Virus record (IMG/VR): IMGVR_UViG_3300028840_006257
Location: 62,001-126,000 of that record
Length of the DNA: 64,000 bases
Reading direction: 5' to 3' (one strand)
The translations under genes were made by a program, and so were the position numbers. Position 1 is the first letter of the stretch. Every line of letters begins with the position of its first letter. Below, piece after piece: positions 35,988 to 48,000 of this stretch. The notes under the pieces are model-generated. The model worked only from the letters and a program-made list of their open reading frames with translations, did not search any database and was not told the origin of the DNA.

Positions 35988-38453
35988 ATGGCAGAGAAAA
36001 GACGACCTCCGAGCACCATCCACGACGAGGGAGTCATTCCCTCGATGCAGATGCAGTTCGACGAGTCGCCTGAGCATCGATTTAGGCGGCGCGATCCGAG
36101 CACTGGGCCGGGAGCCTTCGGCCTGTCCGTCGCCCGAGTCACCCGAGTGGACTACGCACAGAACGAGATCGACATCCAGGTCATATCGGGAGAGCACGGA
36201 GTCTCTCCCTACGCGGGAATCACCGTGACGTGCCCGGCGGCCGGTGCCCGGCACCTCATGACCGCGATGCCCGAGTCGGGCGACATGTGCATCGTGGGGT
36301 GGCTCGCCACCGAACCGAAGAGCCCCATCATCCTTTCCTGGATTCCTCACAGTCGGAAGGCTGGCCTGGAGTGGCTCCCGGTACAGGACGTGCTGCCCAC
36401 CGAGGCGGACATGAATCCGAAGACGCGGACGCACTTCGAGGGGATCTACTCGCGCACCCGGTACAAGACGCCCCCCCTGCGCCCGGGCTGCATCTACCTC
36501 TCCTCGAGTCAGGGCTCCGACGTGATGCTCGACGAGGGAGTGCTGCTCACGAACCGTCGGGGCAATGAGATCGTCCTGCGGGATCCCGACCAGGCCATCG
36601 TGTTCCGCTCCCTCCAGCAGTTCCACGCGACCGGGGGTGCCCGCGTTTACGCGGGGATGGTCCAGCGCGATGCGCAGTTCCTTCCGAGGCGCATGTTCAG
36701 CGACGGCATCGACTGGGCCGCCAGCGTGCAGCAGGACTCGAACGGAGATCCTCTACCTCCGTCTGCACTGGGTTCCAGTCCGCAGTCCATCAACCGCCTC
36801 ACTCCTCACGAGGTGTTCGTCCGCTCGGACGGGAACCAGCCCTTCGCGGACAGCGGCGTCCTGCTCCAGGACAACGTGGACCCGTACGCGTTCCTGAATC
36901 GCGGCTTCTACATCGGGACGGACGGCTTCGCCCTCGATCCGGCGACGGTCACCTCCGACGCGGAGTACGCGGGCAAGCCCATGTTCCGGGTGTCCATCGA
37001 CCCGAGCCCCGAGAACACGGCGCTTCCCACGAACGGCCTGACGGCGGAGGAGAGCACCGAGGCTGACACCCTGACGGAGTACCGGATCGAGGTCGACCAC
37101 TCCTGGGATGGGCGCCTTCCGGTCACCGAGCAGACCGACGGATTCGACGCCGACCGCCTCCCCTCCGACGCGGTCCAGGAGAGTCCCGTGAGCTTCGGGG
37201 GTCCGTTCGTCCAGTGGGTGCTCGGCTCCGTCGTGGGCAACGACCCGTACTCGAACCGAGGACGCCAAGTCTACGGGTTGCCCCTTGTGCCGAGGGTGTT
37301 CGACGGAGAGACGGTCGATCCGAGGCTCGAGTCGGGCGTCGGAATCTCACTCGGCGAGCACGCCGCTTCGCTGTTCCGAGTGGTCCCCCCGGTCGAGGAT
37401 CCCACGGCGGTTCCCCCGACCTTCCTCTCGACCACGAAGGACGGGAGGGTCAAAGGATTCATCAGCGGACCGCAGAACGAAAACTCCGTGGAGCTTGCCC
37501 TGAACGGGGGCCTCCGGCTCGACGCGAACGGCCCGCTCGAGCTCAACGCTCCCAACACGGTCCTGAACTTCTCGCAGGGCAGCGACCTGGACAACTGGGC
37601 GCTGGCGCTGAAGTCCGACACGGGAGGCATCCTGATTCGCTCGAGCGGCCCGACGACTAGGTCTAGCTTCTCCGCGCGCACCGGAAGTCCCGACAACCAG
37701 GAGCAGAACCAGCCCTCCGTCGCCGTCGAGAGTCCGAACGGAAACGTCCACGTCTCGGCCGGGCGCTTCGCGAAGATCTCGGCCGCGAACGGCGTGCAGA
37801 TCTGCGACACGGACGAGATCACGGCGATAGCCAAGAAGAACTACGCGAATTTCTCCGACAAGTGGTCTCTCCAGTGCAACACGAGCAGCCGCGTCGTCCA
37901 GGGGAAGGAAGACAACCTCTACTCGGGACCCAAGACGTTCCTGCCCACGAACCGGCCCATCCGCTCGACCAAGTTCATCGCGAACCCGCTGACGGGACAC
38001 TTCGGAGGGGAGACCGACAGCTATTTCATGCTCCTCGGCGACCGCGAGGAGACGTTCGTCGCGGGGAACCACCGTACCACCGTCGCGGTCGGCAACGCCA
38101 CGTGGCAGGCCGGACTCGGTACCGTCCGCCTCGCGTCGGGCACCGTGCCGATCCCGACGGGGTTCGCCCCCGCCACGAGCTCCGTGACGGTGTCTCCGAC
38201 GAGCGTCCAGACGTCGACGGTGGGCGTCGCGTCCACTCAGGCGCTTTCCATCTCGGGTCGCGCCCTCACCACCCTCACGCTCCAGTCGCTCGGTCCCGCC
38301 AGGGTCGGCTCGACCGCGATGTCCATCACCCTCACCGCGGGCGGCGGCAAGGCGGGCGGCATCGTCTGCTCGAGCGACCGCGATCCACTCACCAACCTGC
38401 CCTTCGCCACGTTCGGCGTCGGCAGCCCCACCCATCGCCTGGGGGCGATCTAG
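35988..38453 (+). CDS. Central spike protein (gp5/gpV-like OB fold plus beta-rich C-terminus)
   Basis: VARVTRVDYAQ...MPESGDMCIVGWL OB-fold pattern; beta-strand-rich C-terminal half; follows the hub gene. Confidence 0.7.
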   Translation: MAEKRRPPSTIHDEGVIPSMQMQFDESPEHRFRRRDPSTGPGAFGLSVARVTRVDYAQNEIDIQVISGEHGVSPYAGITVTCPAAGARHLMTAMPESGDMCIVGWLATEPKSPIILSWIPHSRKAGLEWLPVQDVLPTEADMNPKTRTHFEGIYSRTRYKTPPLRPGCIYLSSSQGSDVMLDEGVLLTNRRGNEIVLRDPDQAIVFRSLQQFHATGGARVYAGMVQRDAQFLPRRMFSDGIDWAASVQQDSNGDPLPPSALGSSPQSINRLTPHEVFVRSDGNQPFADSGVLLQDNVDPYAFLNRGFYIGTDGFALDPATVTSDAEYAGKPMFRVSIDPSPENTALPTNGLTAEESTEADTLTEYRIEVDHSWDGRLPVTEQTDGFDADRLPSDAVQESPVSFGGPFVQWVLGSVVGNDPYSNRGRQVYGLPLVPRVFDGETVDPRLESGVGISLGEHAASLFRVVPPVEDPTAVPPTFLSTTKDGRVKGFISGPQNENSVELALNGGLRLDANGPLELNAPNTVLNFSQGSDLDNWALALKSDTGGILIRSSGPTTRSSFSARTGSPDNQEQNQPSVAVESPNGNVHVSAGRFAKISAANGVQICDTDEITAIAKKNYANFSDKWSLQCNTSSRVVQGKEDNLYSGPKTFLPTNRPIRSTKFIANPLTGHFGGETDSYFMLLGDREETFVAGNHRTTVAVGNATWQAGLGTVRLASGTVPIPTGFAPATSSVTVSPTSVQTSTVGVASTQALSISGRALTTLTLQSLGPARVGSTAMSITLTAGGGKAGGIVCSSDRDPLTNLPFATFGVGSPTHRLGAI

Positions 38454-38457
38454 CTGC

Positions 38458-39048
38458 ATGGCCATCGTAGCTTCGGCGGCCCTTATCACCCAGCAGATCA
38501 TCCTCGCTGGACAGCCGACGTTCGCCGGCTCGAGCGTGCTTCCCAGGATCGCCTCGGCCGTGGGACGCTCGATCCCGGCCTGGATTCCGATCCCGACCAA
38601 CGTGTTCGTGACCGGAACCGCCGCGGGTCTGGCGGGCGTCGGCGCCGTCACGGGCAAGATGTTCTTCGCGGGCAACGCAGGCCTCGTCGTCGCCGCGCTG
38701 AACCAGGTGGGTTTGACCGGCGTGAACGCCCAGAGACTCGGTCTGGCCGTCGGACACGGCACATGGGCGGCGCTGAACCAGGCGACGCAGTACGTCGGCG
38801 TCTCTCCGGGAGTCGGCGTCGGCGGCGACGCCTCCTTCGTGTTGTACGCGAATGAGGCCGCGCTGCTCCCGATCCTCCAGGCCAACCTGGCCTCCGTCAC
38901 GGTCGCGGGGGCCACGTCGGCACAGCTCGCGCTCGGGTTGTCTCGCGGCATCGCTGACCTCGTCAGGACTGGCCTCGGAACGGGCGCGGTCGTGGGTTCT
39001 CCGTCTCCCGTCGCGACCGTGAGCACGAGCGTCTCGTCGGTATTCTGA
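38458..39048 (+). CDS. Small Gly/Ala/Val-rich protein after the spike (possible spike-tip/baseplate part)
   Basis: 196-aa ORF with host-like codon usage; function from position only. Confidence 0.55.
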   Translation: MAIVASAALITQQIILAGQPTFAGSSVLPRIASAVGRSIPAWIPIPTNVFVTGTAAGLAGVGAVTGKMFFAGNAGLVVAALNQVGLTGVNAQRLGLAVGHGTWAALNQATQYVGVSPGVGVGGDASFVLYANEAALLPILQANLASVTVAGATSAQLALGLSRGIADLVRTGLGTGAVVGSPSPVATVSTSVSSVF

Positions 39049-39055
39049 AGGACTC

Positions 39056-42000
39056 ATGAGCTTCGACCTCACAGGATTCGTTCTCAGGGCGCCGCGCACG
39101 GCCCCGTCGAACTTCACGACGACGGATGAAGCCTCGAACGGGGTCGACCGTGACTTCAAGCCGCTGTCCGACGACTACGCGATTCCGGCGCCGGAGTTCG
39201 TGGAAATCGCGGCGGACCAGTATCGCGCCGCGGTCCTGCTCAGGGGCCTCGACGGGCAGACCGAGTACCTCGTGTGGGCGGCCAACAGCGCTAACCTGAG
39301 CGACTCGGCCAGCTTCGAGGTCGAGAACGAGGGGAGCGTTACCTTCCCGCAGGGGGACACCATCGTCACCGACGAGGACTCCGAGTTCGGCGCCTCGGGT
39401 TCGAATCGGGCGATAGTCGTCGACGACGCGAACCGCACCGTCGACATGCTCACGAGCCTCGTCGTTCGTCGTGGAGACACAGGAGAGGACCTCGAGCTCG
39501 TCGACGGTGGCGATTTCAATCCCGTGAGCGGCGTGTTCACGGTCACCGACGAGGACCTGTTGACGGCGCTCGGCGGGGGCCTCTCGGCCCCTCGCGGCGA
39601 CAGGGCCAGGGAGGTCAAGTACGAGCTCGCGGCCCCGACGTTCTGGTGGTCTCGCAACGACAGGTACGAGAACAGGTTCCTCTGGGACGGCCGGACCCAG
39701 CGGTGGAGGCCCCTCAGGGGCACGCCCCCTCGAGACCTGGGGGCCCTCCTTCAGGACGAGGACTACGTGCTCTCTCCCGCGCCCAGCACGATCACCGTGG
39801 GAAACTACCTGCCGGGAAACAGCGCGGAACCCGACTCCTACTCGATGGTGCGGATCGGTACGCGTCCCGACGCGGCCTCGGTTCCCGTGGCCGAGCCCGT
39901 CGCCGCCTCCGGCTTCGGGGGCATCAAGGTCGTGAATGACGAGGAGGTCGAGGACTACGACTTCGGGGCCGAGCCGATGCTGGCTGGGGTCGTGGGCCAG
40001 GCAACCGGATCCGTCGCGTGGAATCCCGCGTTCCTCGACGAGTACGCGGGCCAGACCGTGTTCTACTCGTACCGGAGTTTCGTGGACCAGGCGGAGGTTG
40101 AGCCGCTCGGGTCGCTCGAGGACGCCGACCTGCGACCCCTGTTCCTCTCGCCCATCCCAGGGCCGACGGAGTACCCGTTCGTCCGCATCGGTTCCCGGCA
40201 GGCTCTCGAGGTCGTGTTCGCGGACACCGAGGCACTCCTCTCGACCACGACCGTCGAGGAGGGTCAGGTCGGCCTGGCGTTCTCCACCGGACGCCTGAAG
40301 TTCTCGGACGCGGACGTGGCCAAGGCGGACCCCGACGATCCCGGCTTCGACGAGAACTACCTGTCCGCCCAGGTCTTCTACGAGGGGGTCAGCCTGACGC
40401 AGAGGCCCGTGCCCATGCGGCGCCCGGTCGAGATCGTCGGCAAGGGCGGCTCCCCGACGGTCGTGGACGGGAAAGACAACAGCCTGTACATCCCGGACGC
40501 CCAGCCGACGCCAAGCCCGGGCGTCTCGGGGATTCTCCACCTTCCGGACGGGACGGGGACGATCCCCAACACCTCGACGGACGCCGGCATCCGTGCCGGA
40601 GAAGGTTCGGGACTCGTGCGTGCTCTCGAGGGGCCCTGGGACGTGCTCCTGTTCACCGAGAGCGGTCAGATCAGGACGATCCGCACCTTCGACGACGACG
40701 ACGAGGTCCCGCGCTTCCGTTTCCGCATTCCTCGTGGCACCGCGTACGTCGACCTTCGCAAGGGCTCGGGCGGCAGCGAGATCATCCTAGGGAACCAGGA
40801 CCTGAAGCGTTTCCACGGCGAGCAGATGTACTTTGTCCAGTCGGGGGTGCAGCCGTCGGCCTTCGCGAGGGAGGCGCGGATGTACTCGCGCGTCCGCGAC
40901 GAGTTCGTGCTCGAGGGCGACGAGGTTCTGGTGTTTCGCATCGGGGGTTCGACCTCGACGTGGGACGCCTCGGCCGATCCAGGAGGCATTCCGACCTCGG
41001 CGGGCGGCGCGTTCACTCCCGAGGACATCGCCGCGAGCCTCGACGCTGCGGCGGCGACGGGGAGCGTCGTGGCGGTGGGGGGTCGTCTCGTGCTCCAGAC
41101 GGACACGACCTCCAACCAGGCGCACTACGGCGAGATCGAGATCGGATTCGGTCCGGGAGGCGAGAAGAACCTCTCGGGCCCCGCGGCACTCGGCCTCCTT
41201 CCCGGCTGGAAGATCCGCATCGCCGGACCGTCCGAGGTCGACCCTCCGCCCGATCTCACGTGGCTTCCCGACAACGGCACGGTCCTCGGAGTGTTCCGCA
41301 GTCCGTTCAACCTGAACGGAACCAGGGACGACATCTCCGACGTCCGGCACCTGGGCCGGTTCGACGACGCGGTCATGCTCGGCTCGATCCCCGAGTCTCC
41401 GATAGTGCTCCTCGACCGGGCCCCGCTCGAGGACGTGGCCGGCTACGACGACGGCATCTTCTTCCGTATCGAGGACGGTCTCGTCAGCCGCGACCTCGAC
41501 AACTTCGAGGAGATCTACCACGAGTTCGGCATCGATCGCTTCTCCTGGGTGCACGACGACACCCAGAACTCCACGCTCGAGCAACCTGCGAACAGCCTGT
41601 TCGTGGGCCAGACGAACGTGATTCCCGACTCCTTCCGCCTTCCCGGCAAGGGCCTGAGGGTCTCCGATGGAGGTCAGCCTCTGGAGGACCAGACCCTCGA
41701 CGAGGACTTCCTCATGCTCGACGGAGGGGCTCCCGGGGTCGCGGCGCTGATAGACACGGTGGGCGCGCTGGTCCAGCTCGGAGGCGCCGGGACGTTCTCG
41801 AGCGGCACGACGACGTTCACGGACGACTCGCCCGACGTGGACTTCGTCGTCCTCGGAGTCAAGGCAGGCTACCAGCTCAAGGTGACGCAGGGGAACGCGG
41901 AGGGCACGTACGTGGTCGCGCAGGACGCGACGCAGACCAACACCCTGGAGGTCGAGCAGCGCTTCCCGGCGGACGGGGGCCCGGTTCCGTGGGAGTTGTA

Positions 42001-45000
42001 CGACGGGGTGACTCGCGAGGAGTTCGACCTGGGCCTCGTGGCGGACGCCCAGTACGTCCCTTTCAGCAGCCTGCCCGACGAAACCTTCCGCGTGCGCGTC
42101 CTGTCGCCCCTCGGAGACGTTCCGGTGGACCAGGACGCTCAGTACGCCCAGCGCCTCGTCGCCGTCCTGGGAGATGCGCTGGCGAGCGGAAGGACCATCT
42201 CGGTGCGCTTCGGCCGAGAACCGCAGAATCAGGAGGCGAGCATGGTCGCCCTGGGTCAGGAGAACCTCGGGGAGATCGCGAACTCCGCGCTGACGGTGCC
42301 TGATCCCGGTTCGGAGCGGTTCGCCAACGACAACTTCTCGATCCGTGTCGGAACCAAGACCTACAGCTTCGCGGCGGGAGACCTGATCAAGGTTTCCGGC
42401 GCACTGACCTATCCTTTGGTGGGAGACGTGATCGAGGTCCAAGAGGGATCGGGCTTGTTGAACTTCGGGACGGAGGTCTTCACCCAGTTCGACGGTCAGG
42501 ACGCGGTCTACGTGGAGGAGTTCCTGACGCCAAACTCCAGTCCCCAGGAGCTCCCGCCGAGCAAGGTCGAGTACCGGGCGAGCGACGGCGAGCTCAACTT
42601 CTCCGCCGTGGACATGCAGAACTACGGCGGAGTCGAGGCATATCTCGTCGAGCAGCTCGTGGCCACCAACGGAACGGACGTGACCCTCAATCCGATTCAG
42701 GGTTCGTTGCTGCTCACGAAGGCTCTGCGAGAGTTCCAGATCGTCGAGGTTCACTACTTCCAGGCCGAGACGGGAACGGGCAGCCTTCGGCTAGAGTCCG
42801 TCGATCCGGACGACCCCTCTCAGGGCACGCAGCCCGTCGAAATCACCGAGCAGCTTCCCCTGTTCGTGCGCCTGGAGGAGGCGACTCCCGAGGAGCCGAA
42901 CGCCACGGACAGGTGGAAGTTCAATCCGACCGAGCGTACCGTCGACGAGGACGTGGAGCCCGCGCTCTACGTCGGGTCGACGCTATACAACGTCGGGAGC
43001 AGTCCGACGGCCACCTTCGACCTGCCCAACAGCGTCGCCATCCTTGAGAACGCGGTGGCGGACACGAGCGAGGTGCTCGTGACCTACGCGGTGTTTGAGG
43101 CGTTCGGAGGCGAGCAGTCGTACACGGTGAGCACGCCCCCCGTTTACCGCCCTCCCTTCAGGATCGAGGCCGGAAGGACGAGGTTCACGCTCGAGACGGA
43201 CCGCACGGAGGACCTGTTCGTGGGACAGCTGCTCCGGGTCGGGGAGTTCCCATTCTACGTGACGGCGGTCTCCTACGACTCTGGCACGAACCAGACCACG
43301 GTGGACTTCACGCCACAGACGGATGTCGAGGTGGGTTCGCGCGACCCCGCCTCGGACTCGCTGTCGCTCGTCTCCGACGTCCCGCTCGCCACGGACCTAG
43401 CACCCGAGGCCCCCGACGGTTTCTGGGCTGAGGTCGTGGTGCCCTACGAGCCCGTGAATCGGGGCTTCAATCAGATCATCTTCCACGCCGACCTCACTGC
43501 CGTGGCCGTGACCGGGCATCTCCTTGAACTCGGCGGTCTGCCGTTCATCGTTGCCGCGGCCAGCCTGTCCGGTGACGGGTCGAGGACCGCGGTCGACCTG
43601 ACGAGTTTCTTCCCGCGTGGATTCGCCTTCGGTCAGGACGCCGCGAAGATCAGCGTCCGACCCGTCTACCAACCGCAACCGACTAGCTTCATCGGGCGCG
43701 GGGCCGTGCTCCCCGACGCGCCCTTCGAGCTGATCCTCTTCGGGGAGAGAGATGGTGCTGGCAACCTACTTCCTGGAAAGACGCTCCGGCCGTCGATCGA
43801 CTACGAACTCAACACCGACGACGGGGCGGTCGAGTTCCTCGATCCTCCGAAGGGTCCGCTCCTTCCTACGCAGAGCCTTTATCTACGGCACACGCGACAG
43901 CGGTCCGTGGCTCCGATAGTCTCGGGGGACATCCTCCTGAATCCGCGCTTCGTCGCGAAGTTCGTCTACGTGAGCACGCCGTCCGAGGAGGACAACCGCC
44001 TCGGCAAGATCCTGCGCGCCACCTACAGCTTCGCGAACCCGGACACGTTCTTCTACCGGACGCTCCCGCTCCTGGACTACCTGGGAGAGGTTTCAGACGA
44101 GGTGGCGCAGGACATCGCGGCGCAGCTCCCTTCGTTCGGTCCTGCCCCGGCCGTGATCCCGCCGACCGAGAACGCCGATCAGGGTCGGCTCGGACTCAAG
44201 TCCCAGCTGCGCGACCTCCAGGACACCGACCGCGCCGCCCGCGTCTTTCTCCAGTTCTACAACGAGGCCATCGTCGGCTTCGAGCAGGTGCAGGAGACGA
44301 TCTCTGGCAACATCGTCGGAGACCGCGACGGCAAGTTCAGGTTCCACGTCGGGCGCGGCTCGGACGTTCCGCCCCCCGGCTACGAGGACGCCATCACCGG
44401 CGAGCTGAACGAGCGCAACCTCTTCAGCGAGGTTTTCTTCGGCTACAACCCGAAGGTCACGTTCCTGGTACGCGACCCCCTCGTGGACCCGACCAACTTC
44501 GTCCTCGCCGGGGACCAGCTCGAGGGGGCCTTCATCGACCCCGACTTCCTCGGGGATCTTCAGGGGCTCCAGAGGGGGTTCTCCACCAACGACGTGGACG
44601 ACGTGGTGCTCGTCTCTCGCACGCGCAAGCGTCTGCGCATCCGCCCCCTTCGTCTTGAGGCGTTTGGCCGCTACAAGCGTCTCGGAGAGCCTAGCCGGTA
44701 CTCCCGGATCTTCCCTGAGCGTGCCGAGCTCTTTACCCTGACCGATCCCGGCATCCAGGCCGATCTCGAGGCCGATCCTGTCGATCCGGGCGTCTACGCC
44801 TTCCGCAAGAAGGTGAGGCGCCTGTCCATCAAGGGCGACGGCGGCCGCCTCAAGATTCAGCTCCCGAAGCGTGCTAGCACCTTCCTCAAACCCATCGCGG
44901 ACATCGGGAATCCGGTCCTCGGACAGGTCGAGAACGTCGGGTCGGTCAGCGCCCGCGTGCGGTTGCCCCGGGCGCGAATTTTCGCCTACTCCCGAACCGG

Positions 45001-48000
45001 CTTCCCCGAGCTCGATCACCTGATGGTCGGCTTCCCGACCTTCGCGTCCCAGCCTCGACCCGCCGTCATCGCGACGCCCCTCCCGCTGCACGAGTTTCCG
45101 CTCGGCGAGGACGGCCTTCCTGACGTGGCACAGTTCGTCGCCAACGGGGGGGACGTCATCGACCTGACGACGGGGGACCCCGATCTCTTCACACCGCCCT
45201 TCGCAGAGACCGACGCCGCGAGCAACTTCCGTCCCAAGATCACCTTCGGACGGCCCGACGGGCGCATCATAGACGTCCAGACCTCGGAGGTTGTCACCTT
45301 CGAGTTCCCGCCTTCGGGCGGCACGCTGACTCCGGTGGCGTACACGGTCGCCAAGTCCGTGTTCGTGGGCGAGGTAATCCTGGGTTGCATCATCACGTTC
45401 GCGGAGGAGACTCACGACGCGGGCGACACGGCCACGCTCATTACGAGCGACGAGAACCTGCTCGAGGTGTCCGAGGACCCCGCCGCCGCCGCCGGGCCCA
45501 TCGACCTGTCGCGCGGGGACACGGTCTTCGTGACCCCCTCGGATGCCGAGGTCGTCCCGGCGGCCAACATCGACGACCCCTCAACGAACAGCGAGAAGCA
45601 GGCGCAACTCGAGGGACTCACCAGCTACCGCATCGGCTTCGATCTGGGCGTGGACAGGCCCGACGGCGAGTTCCGAGACATCACGTTCTCCTCGTTCTCC
45701 GACCCGAGCTTCTTCGGTATCAAGGAGATCCTGGGCCAGAGTCCTCCGAAGCCGCTGAGTTACCTGGAGGGCCATGTCACCTTCCGCAGCGGCCGCACGG
45801 AACCCGCGCCCATTCCGGCCCTAGTCGGAGGGTTCACGAACGACAGCGGCGACTACACGCTACCGTACCTCTACGCGCAGAACACCGAGATCGACCAGCT
45901 CGGCATCGTGCAGGGCCTCTTCACCGACGTCCTCGCGGACACGGCGATCCCGAGCGCGGCGTTCCCCGACGAGGTTCAGGGGACCGACGGGGAGATCGTC
46001 GGAGTGCTGACGGGTTCGCTTCTCCCGGCGGCCCTCAACACCTCGCTCGACGCGACGCCCGTGACGACCGCGGGAGGTTACACGCCTCTGAGCGGCGTGG
46101 GTGACGTGGTCCCCTTCGACGTCCTACTCATCGAGACGGGCCAGACGGCCAAGGGTCTCCCGGCAGGTTCCCAGGGTATCCTGTCCGTCGGGTACGTGCG
46201 GGGCTCCGCGTCGGAAAGCTTGGTCGAGCCTCCGCGTTTCGTGTCCCCCACGGCTCCTCCAGCCGCGGCGGCCGACCGCATCCGCTACAAGTTCCGATCC
46301 GCCATGGGTTTCGTGAACCAGGCGGTGCTCGAGCAGCCTCCCGGCGTGGTCGCTCGGATCGTCGGAACCGTGACCCAGTTCGACATCACGGCGATCTCGA
46401 CCGGCATCCTCGTCTTCAACGACGGGTCTCCTGGCCTGCTCTCGGGCGGGCTCAACGACATCTTCAGTCCGCCCTTCGTGGGCGCGCACAACAACGTCGT
46501 CACGATCAACCTCTGGACGGCGGCCTCCAACGCGAACCCGGTGCCGGTTTTCCTCCAGAGCGTGGTCATCGACTTCGGTGCGGGAACCGTCACCGGAAAC
46601 CTCGGAGCCTCGGTGATCAACTCCGTGACGGCGGACGACAACGTGATCTACGTCGACACCGTGGCGCCCTTCCTCTCCATCGGGTTCGCGGGGCCGCCCG
46701 AGCTGCCCGCGGATCCCACGACGCCCGGGGACTCCCTTCCCCTGTGGTTCACCGTCGACATCGACCTGACGGTCGGGGGCGGCGTCGGAACGGGCGCGAG
46801 CACGACGGGCTTCATCAGCTCGGACAGGCTCACGCTCGACGAGAGTTTCGACCTTCGTGCCGTGCTCCCCCGAGACGAGCCCGCGGTCGCGGGCGTCCCG
46901 GTCTTCAGCGAACTCGACGTCGCGTTCGTGAGGAGCGAGAGCGTGCAGGACTGCACCGTCAACGCGATGGCCGAGGTGAACGGGGGGACGCCTTTCACCT
47001 TCGTCGCGCGCTCGGACTTTGCCCCGAAGGTCGGGACGTTCGATCCCGCTCCGGCCGGCTCCGGCCGCGGGACTGTCCGGGTGATGGGGTTCGAGGGACA
47101 CGGGAACACCCCCATCACGACGACGGGCGACGTGGTGTTCTCCGCGATCCCGTCGAGCGCCTACGCGACGGGGAGCGCGGTCAAGATCGCGGAGGGAACC
47201 GGCGTCGGAGGTGTCGGCACCGACCGCGACTTCCGCATCTCTAGCGACGGGGTCACGTCGCTGGCCGCGACGACGGGGGCCCTCGGAGACATCCGGCCCG
47301 CGGACGTGCTCTCCATCTCGTCCAGCGCGTCCGGCTTCGCCTCGACCAAGGCGGGAACCTACCTGGTAAAGCACGTGATCGAGCCGAACGCGAGCGCCAC
47401 GCAGACGCGCGAGCTGATGATGCGGACGACCACGCTACCCTACAACACGGGGCGCGGCTGGGCGGCCGTCGACTTTCCGACGCTCGTCTCGGCCGACCTG
47501 AGCGTCGCCAACGAGGTCGTCCTGTCGAGGACCCTCCTCGAGTCTGACGGGACGACGAGCGCGTTCGACCCGACGGGGGGCACGCTCTACTTCGTCGTAC
47601 GGCCTGACCCCGACGACCCCGACTACGGCACGCGCAACCTCAAGGTCGACTACACGAGCGTCAATACGGCAAGCAACCTCTTCCAGGTCGATAGGACGAC
47701 GGCCACGGACTTCGCGGGCTCGGCCCTTCCGCTCCAGACCTTCGTCGACGCCATCGAGGCCCTCCCCGACACCACGATAGTCACCGGTTTCTACCGCTTC
47801 GACGTCCTGATGGATCGGGTCGGGTTGAAGTTCGCGGGTCCACCCTACGTCCTTCCACTGCTCGAAGTGCCCGAGAACCTCCCCCGCAACGTGGTCGGGT
47901 TCGACTCTGGGATCACCACGGCGGCCGGGTTCTCTCACGTGTTCGTCCGCGGCCAAGGAATGGGTTCCGGCGGCTTCGGCGTGAGCTACGGCGGCGGCGA

